From NCBI GenBank assembly GCA_902766105.1, contig CACXCI010000072.1:69-64068 (forward strand): a stretch of DNA of 64,000 nt. The letters are read 5' to 3'. Of the stretch, positions 8,408 through 18,705 are shown in pieces (within the stretch, counting starts at the first letter, position 1; every line of letters begins with the position of its first letter). The notes beneath the pieces were generated by a model. That model searched no databases and was not told the DNA's origin. It saw only the letters and a program-made list of their open reading frames with translations. The stretch comes from an uncultured bacterium (GTDB lineage: Bacteria > Cyanobacteriota > Vampirovibrionia > Gastranaerophilales > Gastranaerophilaceae). The position numbers and the translations under genes were made by a program.

Positions 8408-9160
8408 TTAATTATTTTCTGTAATATCTTTATACACTCCCGGAACAAAAATTTTCATCATTTCATTACGAACTCTTTCATGCGATGCTTCCGGAGACAT
8501 CTTCCAGTTCGTCGGACAACCCGAAAGAAATTCAACAAACCCTAAGCCTAAGCCCTTCAATTGAGCTTCAAAAGCTTTTTTAACGGCTTGTCTTGCTTTT
8601 TTTATGTTTGGTACAGAATCCAATGAAACCCTTGCGCTAAAAGCAGTTCCATCACACTGGGCAATATGTTCTGCTATTTTTATAGGATATCCGTGGTATT
8701 CCAAGTTCCTTCCGGTCGGAGATGTAGTTGTAACTTGACCTAACATAGTTGTTGGCCCCAGCTGACCTCCTGTCATACCAAATGTTGTATTATTTATACA
8801 AAATGATGTAATTTTTTCACCACGTAATGCGGCATGCATGCTTTCTGCAAGTCCGATTGATGCAAAATCTCCATCTCCTTGATATGTAATTACAAATTTA
8901 TCAGGTTTAGCACGTTTAACGCCTGTTGCAACAGCCATTGAACGTCCATGCGGTGATTCCAAAGAATCAACGTCTATAAAATCATAAATTGTTACTCCGC
9001 ATCCGATACCGGCAACTAATATAGAATTATCTCGAACACCCAATTCGTCCATAACATCAGCAATCAATCTTATAGCTATACCATGATCACATCCGGGACA
9101 AAATGTATATTTTGCACCTTTTTTCATAGAATCCGGAATTTTAAATACTTGTGTCGCCAT
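8408..9160 (-). CDS. 2-oxoacid:ferredoxin oxidoreductase, beta (TPP-binding) subunit
   Basis: CPGCDHG, GIGC, GDGD...N TPP motif. Confidence 0.9.
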   Translation of the reverse strand: MATQVFKIPDSMKKGAKYTFCPGCDHGIAIRLIADVMDELGVRDNSILVAGIGCGVTIYDFIDVDSLESPHGRSMAVATGVKRAKPDKFVITYQGDGDFASIGLAESMHAALRGEKITSFCINNTTFGMTGGQLGPTTMLGQVTTTSPTGRNLEYHGYPIKIAEHIAQCDGTAFSARVSLDSVPNIKKARQAVKKAFEAQLKGLGLGFVEFLSGCPTNWKMSPEASHERVRNEMMKIFVPGVYKDITENN

Positions 9161-10227
9161 TATATCAACTCCTCAATTCTGTCTAACAAGTCTTCAGGAT
9201 CAATCGGAGCGCCTACTCCTTTGCGTATTAATTCCACCTGTGCCGCCCCATTTACTGCAAGTTTTACATCATCTACCATCTGGCCCATATTAACTTCTAC
9301 AGTGATAAATTTCTTTACTTTTTGAGCAAGTTCATTTAAGCGTTTGTTCGGGAACGGGTATAGAGTTATTGGTCTGAATACCCCAACCTTTAAACCTTTT
9401 TCCCTGCACATTTTTGCGGCAGTTCTAACATTTCTCGCCGTTGAACCAAAACTTACCAGTACAATATCGGCATCTTCAGTTCCGATTTCTTCCCATTCAA
9501 CTTCATTTTCTTCAATCAAACTATATTTTTTATATAGTTTTTCTAAAAATTCACATCTGTCTTCTGCTAATGGTCCATAAGAGCGGATAATTCTCGAAGG
9601 TCTGTCTTTTGAACCTGATAAAGCCCAATCCGAATTATCAATTTCAGGATACGGATACGGTTTAAATTCTATAGGCTCCATCATTTGACCTAATAAACCA
9701 TCAGCCAATAATATTGTCGGATTTTTATACTTATGAGCCAAATAAAAAGCCTTATATGTTAAATCAGCACATTCCTGAACATTTGAAGGTGCCAAAACTA
9801 TTGTCCTGTAATCGCCGTTGCCGCCACCTTTTGTTGCTTGTACATAATCACCCTGAGCTGAATATACATTTCCTAACCCGGGTCCGCCTCGCATAACACT
9901 AATCAGTACGATAGGCAGCTGGTCAGTGGTTGCATAAGATAACCCTTCTTGCATAAGAGCAACAGCGCATGACGAGGATGATGTCATTGCCTTTACTCCT
10001 GTTGCGCAAGCTCCAAGTGTCATATTTATAGCGGCTAATTCACTTTCAGCAGAAACATAAGCCCTGCCCAACTCTTGCATTTTGCCACTCATAAATTCTC
10101 CGATTTCACTCTGCGGAGTAATCGGATATCCGAAATAACATTGACATCCGGCAATAACTGCCGCATTTGCAATAGCATAATTGCCCTTCATTAAAACTTT
10201 TTTACCGGTAATACATTCTACTGCCAT
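9160..10227 (-). CDS. 2-oxoacid:ferredoxin oxidoreductase, alpha subunit
   Basis: 355 aa. YPITPQSEI motif. Start/stop overlap with the beta subunit. Confidence 0.9.
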   Translation of the reverse strand: MAVECITGKKVLMKGNYAIANAAVIAGCQCYFGYPITPQSEIGEFMSGKMQELGRAYVSAESELAAINMTLGACATGVKAMTSSSSCAVALMQEGLSYATTDQLPIVLISVMRGGPGLGNVYSAQGDYVQATKGGGNGDYRTIVLAPSNVQECADLTYKAFYLAHKYKNPTILLADGLLGQMMEPIEFKPYPYPEIDNSDWALSGSKDRPSRIIRSYGPLAEDRCEFLEKLYKKYSLIEENEVEWEEIGTEDADIVLVSFGSTARNVRTAAKMCREKGLKVGVFRPITLYPFPNKRLNELAQKVKKFITVEVNMGQMVDDVKLAVNGAAQVELIRKGVGAPIDPEDLLDRIEELI

Positions 10228-10231
10228 ATAA

Positions 10232-10444
10232 CTACCCTCTATACACCTCAGTAATCGCTAAATCAGGACATTTTGTCGCACACATTGCACAACCTAAACA
10301 TTCGTTATTAGGATCACAAAATTCTATAACTCTATCTCCAAGTTTATTAGTTTCATCTGAAACTTTTATCAAATTTTTAGGACATTCTTTCACACATAGA
10401 TAACATGCCTTGCAATTTTCTTTGTTTATTACAATGTGGCTCAT
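10232..10444 (-). CDS. 2-oxoacid:ferredoxin oxidoreductase, delta subunit (2x[4Fe-4S] ferredoxin)
   Basis: CKACYLCVKECP and CLGCAMCATKCP. Start set at MSHIV, which has an AAGGGG RBS. Confidence 0.85.
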   Translation of the reverse strand: MSHIVINKENCKACYLCVKECPKNLIKVSDETNKLGDRVIEFCDPNNECLGCAMCATKCPDLAITEVYRG

Positions 10445-10602
10445 TTCATCCCCTTCTTTCAAATCTTATTCACATCCTAACACTAATAATAAAATTTAGC
10501 CATTTTATCTTAACATTTGTAATAAATAAGTTGTTATAAATTTACTAAATCTTCTATGCTTGGTAATATTATATGTGTAGGGATGTATTTAAGGATAGAA
10601 GA

Positions 10603-13600
10603 ATGGCTCAAGATATAGACAGAATATTAAGCTTACTAAGGGAGATAAGAAACACTAACAATGATAATAATGCGACTTTTGACAGACTGTTAAACAGTTT
10701 AAACAGTAAAGTTGAAACCATTGATAAAAATACTTTATCTGTCGATTTAATAAAGTCGTACCTGACAGATTTGACCAAATCCGTTGACTCGAAATACAGT
10801 ATAACATTAGAAAAATTTACGGATATTGAGCAGGCTCTAAAAGCTATATTTAATAATAGTGAAAATGTTACTCTGAGTGATATGAGAAACCTATTTGAAG
10901 CATTTTCTCAAAACTTGAGTAATTTTTCGGTTGAGGTTAAGCAGCAAAAAGCTCTAATCTCCGGAATTGAAGCTAAAATTACAGAAATGAGCAGCAACAA
11001 ATCCGACAAGGAAGATATTGTAAGAACAATAAATTTGCTCAGAAATGATTTTGAAAACTTGAATCATGCCTACAAAGATACAATTGATCACATAAGTACA
11101 GAATTAAAAACAATTATATCAAATGTAGCGAAGCTTGATCAAACATCAGATAATGAGGATATTAAAAACGATATTGCAGATATGTACAAGGCAACAGGCG
11201 ATATAGTCAGTTTTTTGAAATCTATAGACAAACACGAAACAAATTTAGAACAATTGCTTATAAATACTGCTACGGCTGAAAGTTTGAGAATTACCCAAAT
11301 TGCAGTTGATTCTATTATCAGCAAAACCGACAGTATTTCAAAACAACTGGAAGGTTTGGCTGATGATTCTGCTACTAAAGATCAATTCACACAAATTACG
11401 AAAAAAACTGAGGATTTAACTCAGGATACAAGTGAGGTAAAGCAGACTCTTGCAAAAATAACTCAAGATATTGATTCGCTACCTCATACCGATATTTTGA
11501 AAGAAGGCTTGCAGCATATATATGATAAAGTCAAAGAACTTGAAGAGGCGGTGCAAAGCACAAACGTTAAAGGTGATGTAAAAGAGCTAAACGAGAAAAT
11601 AACTGAATTTACTGATGAGCTTTCAACCGTTAAAAATATTATAGTTGACCTTAATGATGTTGTTTCTTCAAAATTGTTAAAAGCTGTTGAAAACATATCT
11701 TTTGAGAAAGAAAGTTATGAAATTCAAACAAGCATTTCAAAAATGCTGGCTCAGCTTCCGCAAAAAGAGGATATAGACAAATTATTAGAAAATGGTGAAT
11801 TGTACAAAAATGCTATTGATAGTCTGTCTAAACGAACCGACAAAATTGCTGACAGGCTGGACAATTTACCAACCCATGCCGATATGGAAAATCTTAGCAC
11901 CAATCAGTTGAGTCTTGTTGAAAACTTACAAGGTGTTGCAAATAAAGGTGATATTGAAGCTCTGGCTTCAAAGGCAGATGATATTGAGAGAATGATAGAC
12001 AAACTCAATTTTGATAATGAATTTGAAAACATTTACGACAAATCATCTTCTATTGAAAAATGGCTTATTGATTCAAATGTAAAAGAAAATACAGATGCTA
12101 TTTTGCGTAACTTAGATGAAAAGGCTGAACAAAAAGAAGTTTTAGAGGTATTAAAAACAGCTGAGATTATAGTTAATAACCTTGAAGAATTATCAAAAAA
12201 TGTTGATGTAAAAAAGGTAAATCGAACCGTTGCTGAGGTTTACCAGTTAATTGAAGATTTGAAAAATGACTTTATAAACACTTCAGAAATGCACAATGAT
12301 ACTGTTATTGTCAATTTGTCCGAACTTCAAAAATCCATAGAAGGAGTTGTAACAGGAGAGGAATTTGAAGGTTTTGTTGAAGACTTAAAAGCTTTTGTTG
12401 ACAAAACCGGAGAAACTATAAACAACAACAGCAAAAATTTTGACGAAATCAGAGAATATCAAGAATCAATTATCAGCAAGATTGAGGATATAAATACTTC
12501 TGCAATCGAAAGTGCTATTTCTAAACAAGTTTCAAGTATTGATGATAAGTTGGTTTCTATTTCGGAATACTTAACAACAATTAATAAAACTGATACTAAC
12601 GAGGTCAAAAAAGCAATTTCAGAAATAAAAGAGCTTCTTGCAAACAAAAAATCGAATTTGAGTGAAATAGACAGTATTAGAAAAGAAACTGTTGATACTC
12701 TCGAAAATTATTTGCGAGAAATAAAGCTTGTTCTTGATACTTCTGAAATAAATGCTGACAGCAAAATAAAAGACCAAATTACTAATTTAGAAGAAAATTT
12801 TGGTAATTACAGAAATTCTATAGAAAAATCTATTACAGAAATCCTTTCAAAACTGGAAGAATATCCGAAAGACACGTATTCTGCCCAAAGTAATAGTGAG
12901 GCTGAAATAAATGAATCTTTAAAGCAGCTTGAAATAATAAAAAATAAACTAGATGAACTTAGTGCCTCATTTGTGTCTATGAATGGCAGTAGTACAACAA
13001 CCGAAGAAGAAACTACCTCTTTTGTTTCTGACAAACTGGAGGATATTTCATCTAATATCGGGGATCTGTCTGAGCAAATAGAAACAGGCATGCAAGCAGG
13101 ATTTGCTTACACATCTCAGCTTGTAGAAGAAAAGGTGGATGCATTGTCTGAGTTTATCAAAGAACTAAGACACGAAAGCACTCAAGATATTGAATTGTAC
13201 GAAAGATTAACAGTTACAGATAATAATTTGATTGATATAAAACAGTCAATAGAATGGCTTAATTCTGATATCATTAACCACAATAACAATCAGACAGAAA
13301 TGCTGTTTAAAGAATTATATTCAATGAAGGAAATTATTGAAGATGTTTCAGATACATCAAAAGCTATAAGCGACCTTAATCTAAAGCAAGAACTTGTTAA
13401 TTTCCATGATGCAGTGGCTTCTGAATTGGAAGACGTTACAAAATATTCAAAAAGTACATTTGATAATTTAGAAAATACATATAAGCAGTTAACTGCAGAT
13501 TTGACAGCCTCTGAAAATAATATACGGGATTTTATTCTTAGTGATATCGATTCTGTATTATTAAAAATTGATAGTTTAAAAGATGAGGTGCAAATTGCAT

Positions 13601-15897
13601 CAGGTAAACTTGAGCTTCCAAGTGCTGAGCAAATGAAAGAATTTAAGTCTTTCGTTACTGATATTGCTGATTTTAAAAATGCGCAAAAAGATGCAATAAT
13701 TGAATCTGCTAATGATGTAAAAGAAACAATTTCAAAGCAGTTATCTTCCCAGCATGAAGAATTAAAATCCTTACTAAAGGTCGCTGTAAATACCGATGAA
13801 ATATTAACAGCTATTGAAAACTTAAAAGAATGTTTCCAAGATAAAGCTCTCGAACTTGAAGAAAATGAAGATTCAATTTTTGATAATCTTAATTCCGAAA
13901 ATTTTGATAGTGAATATGATTATGAAAAACAAGCCAAGCTGATTGAAGAGTTAAAGGTAGATTTTGATAAATTTTCAGAACTTATAACTTGTCTTACGGG
14001 TGAAAATTCTGAAATCTATAATGTTTTGACTCAGATAAAAGAGAAAATGAGCTCTATATCGGTAACAAGACCTATGTTGGAAAGTGATGAAGCTTCTGAT
14101 ATTTCATTAGAATCAAAAAGTACAATTGTCGGAGATAATAACTTTGATTTCATAAAAGCTTTTGATATTTTGCAGCAAGATATTAAAGATTTAAAACTCA
14201 AAGTATCTAACGCCGGTCTAAATATAAATAATGCGAGAGAAGATGACTTAGTTGAACTGTCTCAAGTAGTAAAACCGGGAACATGGCTGGATGATATAAA
14301 GAAATACATAGAATCTGAAAGCTCAATAAAAGTTTTGTTAGAAGATATTAACAAAAAAATTGATTCATTTTCAGAGGCAGATGGCATTACTTGGGTTAAT
14401 GACATAAGACATTCTCTGGAGCAGCTTGTTGACACCAATGTTGAAACAACACATCCTGAAATCCAAACAATGCTTAATTTAATCAATGAAAAAATAGATA
14501 TACTTGCATCTGCTGATGATTACGGGGTTGTTGATGAGGTTAGAGAAGCTATTGAAAACATAACTAGCGACAATAACGTAAAAACAACAAAACTGTTAAA
14601 TTTAATAGATTCAAAAATTGATATCCTTGCAGGAACAGACATTTCAGAAGATTTAGATGATATTAAATATACCTTGGCAAATGTTGATGAAAAAATTGAC
14701 GGTGTACGTCAGTTATCAGAATCTGACATCACATATATGCTTGAAAATTTAAACCATAAAATTGACAATATTATTGATGACAGTAATGACAATAATCAAA
14801 TAAAAGGCATAGATGATATCAAATCTTTGATTCTGGCACAATCTGAATATATTGAAAGTTTGGAAAAGAATAATAAAACTGAGGTTGTAAAAAAATGTTT
14901 AGATGAACTTACTGCTGAGGTTAACAATTTAAACAATTCAGGAAATTCAAAAGACATTCAAAAAACAATGAAGGAAATGAAAACATCTATTATGGATGCA
15001 GTCGTTTCTATATTTAATCAGGTTTCTTTTGTTGAAGAATCTGAGGACATCAAAGATTTTGTAGAGGAAAAAACTGATGAAATAAATAAAAGTTTAATTG
15101 AGGTTACAAATCAGTTAAAACAAATAACTAATTCTAATGAAGAACCTGATTATACATATTCGATGCAGGATATAGAATCTGATTTGGCAAAGATGAGATT
15201 GGCTCTGAATGAGTTGCAAACAAATGAACAAGAAAACCATACAACAAGATTAACTTCAATAATTGATAATTTATCAGAAATTGGTGCTAATGTTGAAAAT
15301 CTTCAAAATTCCTTAACTCAGGATGAAATTTTGGGGATGAAGGAAAAATTTGAAAAGATTAATAATGATATAAATGAACTAATAATTAAATCAGGTGAGT
15401 CTTATGATGTTGTTGCTCATAATTTAACAACAAAACTTGATAAGGTTGCTAAAATGCTTGAAAATTCAAATGATTCAGATAAAGTAATGCGTCAGGCATT
15501 GATTTATATGGGCGAATGGATTGATAGTGCAAGTGCAAGCATGAACAGAATAAGCTCTAATTCTGATGAAATTATAGATGTCAAGTTAGCAATTGAAAAT
15601 CTTAAACAAAATGTTCCGGCTCAAACAGATTTACTAAACTCTCTAAGTGATAAATTTGACGAGCAGCAGGAAAGATTAGCTTATTTTGAAAAACAAATAA
15701 GTAAAATAGGAGCATTGGAAGACAGATTTGAAGAACAGCAGGAGCGAATAGACAGACTGGAAATGTCATTAGAAAAAATTCTCTCTGCCGTTGAAGATAT
15801 TGATGATTCCAAAGTTACGAGAAAAATTGATAAAATTGACAAACAAATAGCAAAATTAAGTGTTAATATAGAAAAGCTTACATCTTATGTTGACTAA
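10603..15897 (+). CDS. Giant acidic coiled-coil protein of unknown function
   Basis: About 1764 aa from the ATG with an AAGGA RBS. No TM segment or signal peptide. Pervasive heptad-like D/E/K/N/I/L composition with internal repeats (see findings). Confidence 0.8.
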   Translation: MAQDIDRILSLLREIRNTNNDNNATFDRLLNSLNSKVETIDKNTLSVDLIKSYLTDLTKSVDSKYSITLEKFTDIEQALKAIFNNSENVTLSDMRNLFEAFSQNLSNFSVEVKQQKALISGIEAKITEMSSNKSDKEDIVRTINLLRNDFENLNHAYKDTIDHISTELKTIISNVAKLDQTSDNEDIKNDIADMYKATGDIVSFLKSIDKHETNLEQLLINTATAESLRITQIAVDSIISKTDSISKQLEGLADDSATKDQFTQITKKTEDLTQDTSEVKQTLAKITQDIDSLPHTDILKEGLQHIYDKVKELEEAVQSTNVKGDVKELNEKITEFTDELSTVKNIIVDLNDVVSSKLLKAVENISFEKESYEIQTSISKMLAQLPQKEDIDKLLENGELYKNAIDSLSKRTDKIADRLDNLPTHADMENLSTNQLSLVENLQGVANKGDIEALASKADDIERMIDKLNFDNEFENIYDKSSSIEKWLIDSNVKENTDAILRNLDEKAEQKEVLEVLKTAEIIVNNLEELSKNVDVKKVNRTVAEVYQLIEDLKNDFINTSEMHNDTVIVNLSELQKSIEGVVTGEEFEGFVEDLKAFVDKTGETINNNSKNFDEIREYQESIISKIEDINTSAIESAISKQVSSIDDKLVSISEYLTTINKTDTNEVKKAISEIKELLANKKSNLSEIDSIRKETVDTLENYLREIKLVLDTSEINADSKIKDQITNLEENFGNYRNSIEKSITEILSKLEEYPKDTYSAQSNSEAEINESLKQLEIIKNKLDELSASFVSMNGSSTTTEEETTSFVSDKLEDISSNIGDLSEQIETGMQAGFAYTSQLVEEKVDALSEFIKELRHESTQDIELYERLTVTDNNLIDIKQSIEWLNSDIINHNNNQTEMLFKELYSMKEIIEDVSDTSKAISDLNLKQELVNFHDAVASELEDVTKYSKSTFDNLENTYKQLTADLTASENNIRDFILSDIDSVLLKIDSLKDEVQIASGKLELPSAEQMKEFKSFVTDIADFKNAQKDAIIESANDVKETISKQLSSQHEELKSLLKVAVNTDEILTAIENLKECFQDKALELEENEDSIFDNLNSENFDSEYDYEKQAKLIEELKVDFDKFSELITCLTGENSEIYNVLTQIKEKMSSISVTRPMLESDEASDISLESKSTIVGDNNFDFIKAFDILQQDIKDLKLKVSNAGLNINNAREDDLVELSQVVKPGTWLDDIKKYIESESSIKVLLEDINKKIDSFSEADGITWVNDIRHSLEQLVDTNVETTHPEIQTMLNLINEKIDILASADDYGVVDEVREAIENITSDNNVKTTKLLNLIDSKIDILAGTDISEDLDDIKYTLANVDEKIDGVRQLSESDITYMLENLNHKIDNIIDDSNDNNQIKGIDDIKSLILAQSEYIESLEKNNKTEVVKKCLDELTAEVNNLNNSGNSKDIQKTMKEMKTSIMDAVVSIFNQVSFVEESEDIKDFVEEKTDEINKSLIEVTNQLKQITNSNEEPDYTYSMQDIESDLAKMRLALNELQTNEQENHTTRLTSIIDNLSEIGANVENLQNSLTQDEILGMKEKFEKINNDINELIIKSGESYDVVAHNLTTKLDKVAKMLENSNDSDKVMRQALIYMGEWIDSASASMNRISSNSDEIIDVKLAIENLKQNVPAQTDLLNSLSDKFDEQQERLAYFEKQISKIGALEDRFEEQQERIDRLEMSLEKILSAVEDIDDSKVTRKIDKIDKQIAKLSVNIEKLTSYVD

Positions 15898-17272
15898 AAG
15901 TTTAATTAAAGATTTAAAAAAGGTATTACCAAAAGATAACGTGCTATCAGAAATTGAAGAACGCTATGTGTATTCTGTTGACGCATCTAATGATCCACAT
16001 TTGCAAACAGGACTAGCTGATGCTGTTGTATTCGTTCAAAACATTGAACAGGTACAGCAAGTAGTAAAAATTGCAAATAGGCACATGATACCGATAATTT
16101 GCAGAGGAGCGGGAACAAATACAGTTGGTGCTTGTGTACCTTCTCATGGCGGAATTATATTAAATTTTTCCAAAATGAATAAAATATTAGAGCTAAACCC
16201 TACAAATATGACTGCCAGAGTTCAGCCGGGAGTCATTGTTGCAGATTTACAAAAAGCTGCGGAAGATGTCGGTTTATTCTACCCGCCTGATCCGTCAAAT
16301 TTGAAAGTTTCTACGATTGGAGGCAGTATTGCACAGAATTCTGCAGGCGCAAGATGTTTTAAATATGGTGCAACAAAGGACTATGTTATTGATATGCTTG
16401 TTGTAATGGCAGATGGTCAGCTTATCAGAACGGGTTCTAATACAATTAAAAACGCAACAGGGTATAATCTCGGAAGTTTATTTATAGGTTCTGAAGGTAC
16501 TTTAGGAATTGTAGTTGAAGCCACAATTAAGCTTATTACAAAGCCGGAGATGTCTCAGGTTATAATGGCATATTTTGATACCGTTGAAGATTCTATAAAT
16601 TCTGTTAATCAAATAATTAAGCAGCAAATAGCACCGACAACGGTTGATTTTATGGATAAAAATGCTCTCCAAACCGTTGAAAGTTATTATCCAACCGGGT
16701 TAATGACAGATAAAGAAGCAGCTTTAATTATTGAGGTTGACGGGTATAATACCGTAGTAAACGAGCAAAGAAGCAATATCTGTCAAATTTTGAGAGATAA
16801 TAATGCAACAGGGGTTCAATATTCCAAAAATAAACAGGAGGCTGAAAACATTTGGGCGGCAAGAAGATCTTCCATGGCAGCATGCACGAAAATTGCACCA
16901 AACGTAACGACTGATGATGTTATTGTTCCACGAGAAAATTTAGCAAAACTGGTAAAGGGAATACAGGAAATTTGTTCCAGACACAATTTGAACCTTTGTA
17001 TGGTAGGTCATGTCGGTGATGGAAGCGTTCACCCTCAAATTCCTATAGATTATAATAATAAAGAAGAATACAGAAGATATAAAATTGCAAAATCCGAAAT
17101 TTATCTTTTGACAGCAAAACTTGGCGGAATAATATCCGGAGAGCATGGTATTGGTTTGGAGAAAAAAACATACATCTCACAAGTTGTCGAAGGCGGTGCT
17201 TTAGATTATATGCGTCAAATAAAGAAAATATTTGACCCGAATAATATATTAAATCCATATAAAATATTTTAG
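15887..17272 (+). CDS. glcD: FAD-linked oxidase, GlcD / D-lactate dehydrogenase family
   Basis: 461 aa. FAD-binding PCMH-type N-terminus (RGAGTN, GGSIAQNSAG) and C-terminal GEHGIG. The ATG overlaps the end of the upstream gene by 11 nt. Confidence 0.85.
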   Translation: MLTKSLIKDLKKVLPKDNVLSEIEERYVYSVDASNDPHLQTGLADAVVFVQNIEQVQQVVKIANRHMIPIICRGAGTNTVGACVPSHGGIILNFSKMNKILELNPTNMTARVQPGVIVADLQKAAEDVGLFYPPDPSNLKVSTIGGSIAQNSAGARCFKYGATKDYVIDMLVVMADGQLIRTGSNTIKNATGYNLGSLFIGSEGTLGIVVEATIKLITKPEMSQVIMAYFDTVEDSINSVNQIIKQQIAPTTVDFMDKNALQTVESYYPTGLMTDKEAALIIEVDGYNTVVNEQRSNICQILRDNNATGVQYSKNKQEAENIWAARRSSMAACTKIAPNVTTDDVIVPRENLAKLVKGIQEICSRHNLNLCMVGHVGDGSVHPQIPIDYNNKEEYRRYKIAKSEIYLLTAKLGGIISGEHGIGLEKKTYISQVVEGGALDYMRQIKKIFDPNNILNPYKIF

Positions 17273-17289
17273 TAGCTAATAGCAATAAC

Positions 17290-18531
17290 TTATTGTTTTA
17301 TAATCTGAGCTAAGGCTTTTACAACATCTTTATCCCATTTTTTATCAATATCTTCTGATATAATTTTGAGGGCTTCGTCTGTAGATAAAGCTTTTCTGTA
17401 CGGTCTGTCTGAGGTCATAGCACAATAAACATCCGCTACTGCAATAATTCTTGAACCTAGAGGAATAGATTGGCCTTTTAATCCTTCCGGAGAACCTGAG
17501 CCATCAACTCTTTCGGTCTGATAAGTAATATATGGTACAACCTCAGATAAGAAATTAATATTCATCAAGAGATTTACCCCAACATTTGTGTGATTTTTAA
17601 TCTTTTGTAATTCTTCAGCGGATAGCTTCCCATTTGTTGCAAAAATACTTTCAGGCAAAGTTATTTTTCCAATATTTTGTAATAGCGCTGCATAATATAT
17701 TAAATCTGTTGTCTTTTCATTCAAGCCTAATTTTTTACAAATACCTCTCGATAATTTTGCAGTATTGCGTGAATGAGAAACTGTATATTGCCCCTTTTTA
17801 TCAACAGCATTAGCCAGTGCTTCCACAAAATTTTGTTGATAATCGCATAAATCACCTATTATTGCAGTCAATTCTGCTCGGGCTTGTTTTAGCTCTATTT
17901 CCGATGTCTCGGGCATTTTTATTAATAGATTTGTATTTTCAACCTCAGCCTGCAAGCTTATAGTTGTGCCAAGCAAATTGGCGATACTAACAGCTAACTC
18001 TGAGAATTTATCTTCCAGCTTTTTCCCTGTTTTAATTTCAATCATGCCTACAGGAAGAGTAGAGCTTCTCATAGAAAAATATACATAATTTTCTTTTTCA
18101 ATGATGTCTTGGTAAATCAAATCATTTATTGTTACATTAGTATTATTGTCTTGTTTATCCGTAAATCCAATCAGTACCAGCTCTTCATCTTTTATAAAAT
18201 ATATTCTGCATTCTTCAACCTCAAGCATCTGAACAATAGAATGAGCGATTGAGGAATATATCGCCTTTTCTTCACCTTTAGAAAAGTTCAAGACACATAA
18301 GGTATTTTTTGAAGAATAAATATCAATAAGCTCTTTTAACTGATTTTGTAATCTTTCTTTTTTATTCGATTTTATACTTATTTTTTTTGCAAAATCTTCT
18401 GAAATAAGCGATTCAGATATAAAATCACCCAAATTTAAAGCGAACATCTCTTCTATAGGGTCATTACCCGAAAGAATTTCTGATTGTCCGAAAAGCGAAA
18501 CACCTACCTGATTTTTCTCTTCTTTAGTCAT
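17290..18531 (-). CDS. GAF plus HD-GYP-like domain protein with substituted catalytic motifs
   Basis: The HD-GYP scaffold is recognisable (HSRNTAKLSR...AALLQNIGK...NHTNVG...QTERVDGSGSPEGLKG...IAVADVYCAMTSDRPYR). HD is replaced by QN, HHE by QTE, and GYP by GSP. Confidence 0.8.
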   Translation of the reverse strand: MTKEEKNQVGVSLFGQSEILSGNDPIEEMFALNLGDFISESLISEDFAKKISIKSNKKERLQNQLKELIDIYSSKNTLCVLNFSKGEEKAIYSSIAHSIVQMLEVEECRIYFIKDEELVLIGFTDKQDNNTNVTINDLIYQDIIEKENYVYFSMRSSTLPVGMIEIKTGKKLEDKFSELAVSIANLLGTTISLQAEVENTNLLIKMPETSEIELKQARAELTAIIGDLCDYQQNFVEALANAVDKKGQYTVSHSRNTAKLSRGICKKLGLNEKTTDLIYYAALLQNIGKITLPESIFATNGKLSAEELQKIKNHTNVGVNLLMNINFLSEVVPYITYQTERVDGSGSPEGLKGQSIPLGSRIIAVADVYCAMTSDRPYRKALSTDEALKIISEDIDKKWDKDVVKALAQIIKQ

Positions 18532-18705
18532 ATTTTTTCCTCAAAATACATGCCTTCTTATATTTGTATACGGCATAAATTTTTTGAACTTTAATAATTT
18601 TACAAAAATCTCATACTAAAGTATGGTTTTTTGATGTATTAGTTTACAAATCTTAATATTTACATTTTACCCGGTTTGGCTTATTAATATAAAAAAGGAT
18701 AAAAA

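Noticed and set aside
11139-14486. Several 60-94-aa minus-strand ORFs inside the giant coiled-coil gene. Similar antisense ORFs occur inside ilvC, secY, rpsE, purA, mraY, mnmG, both GH13-like genes and others.
   Set aside because: They are Ser/Ile/Phe-rich antisense translations of long, well-supported sense genes. This is expected in AT-rich DNA with few stop codons on the opposite strand.
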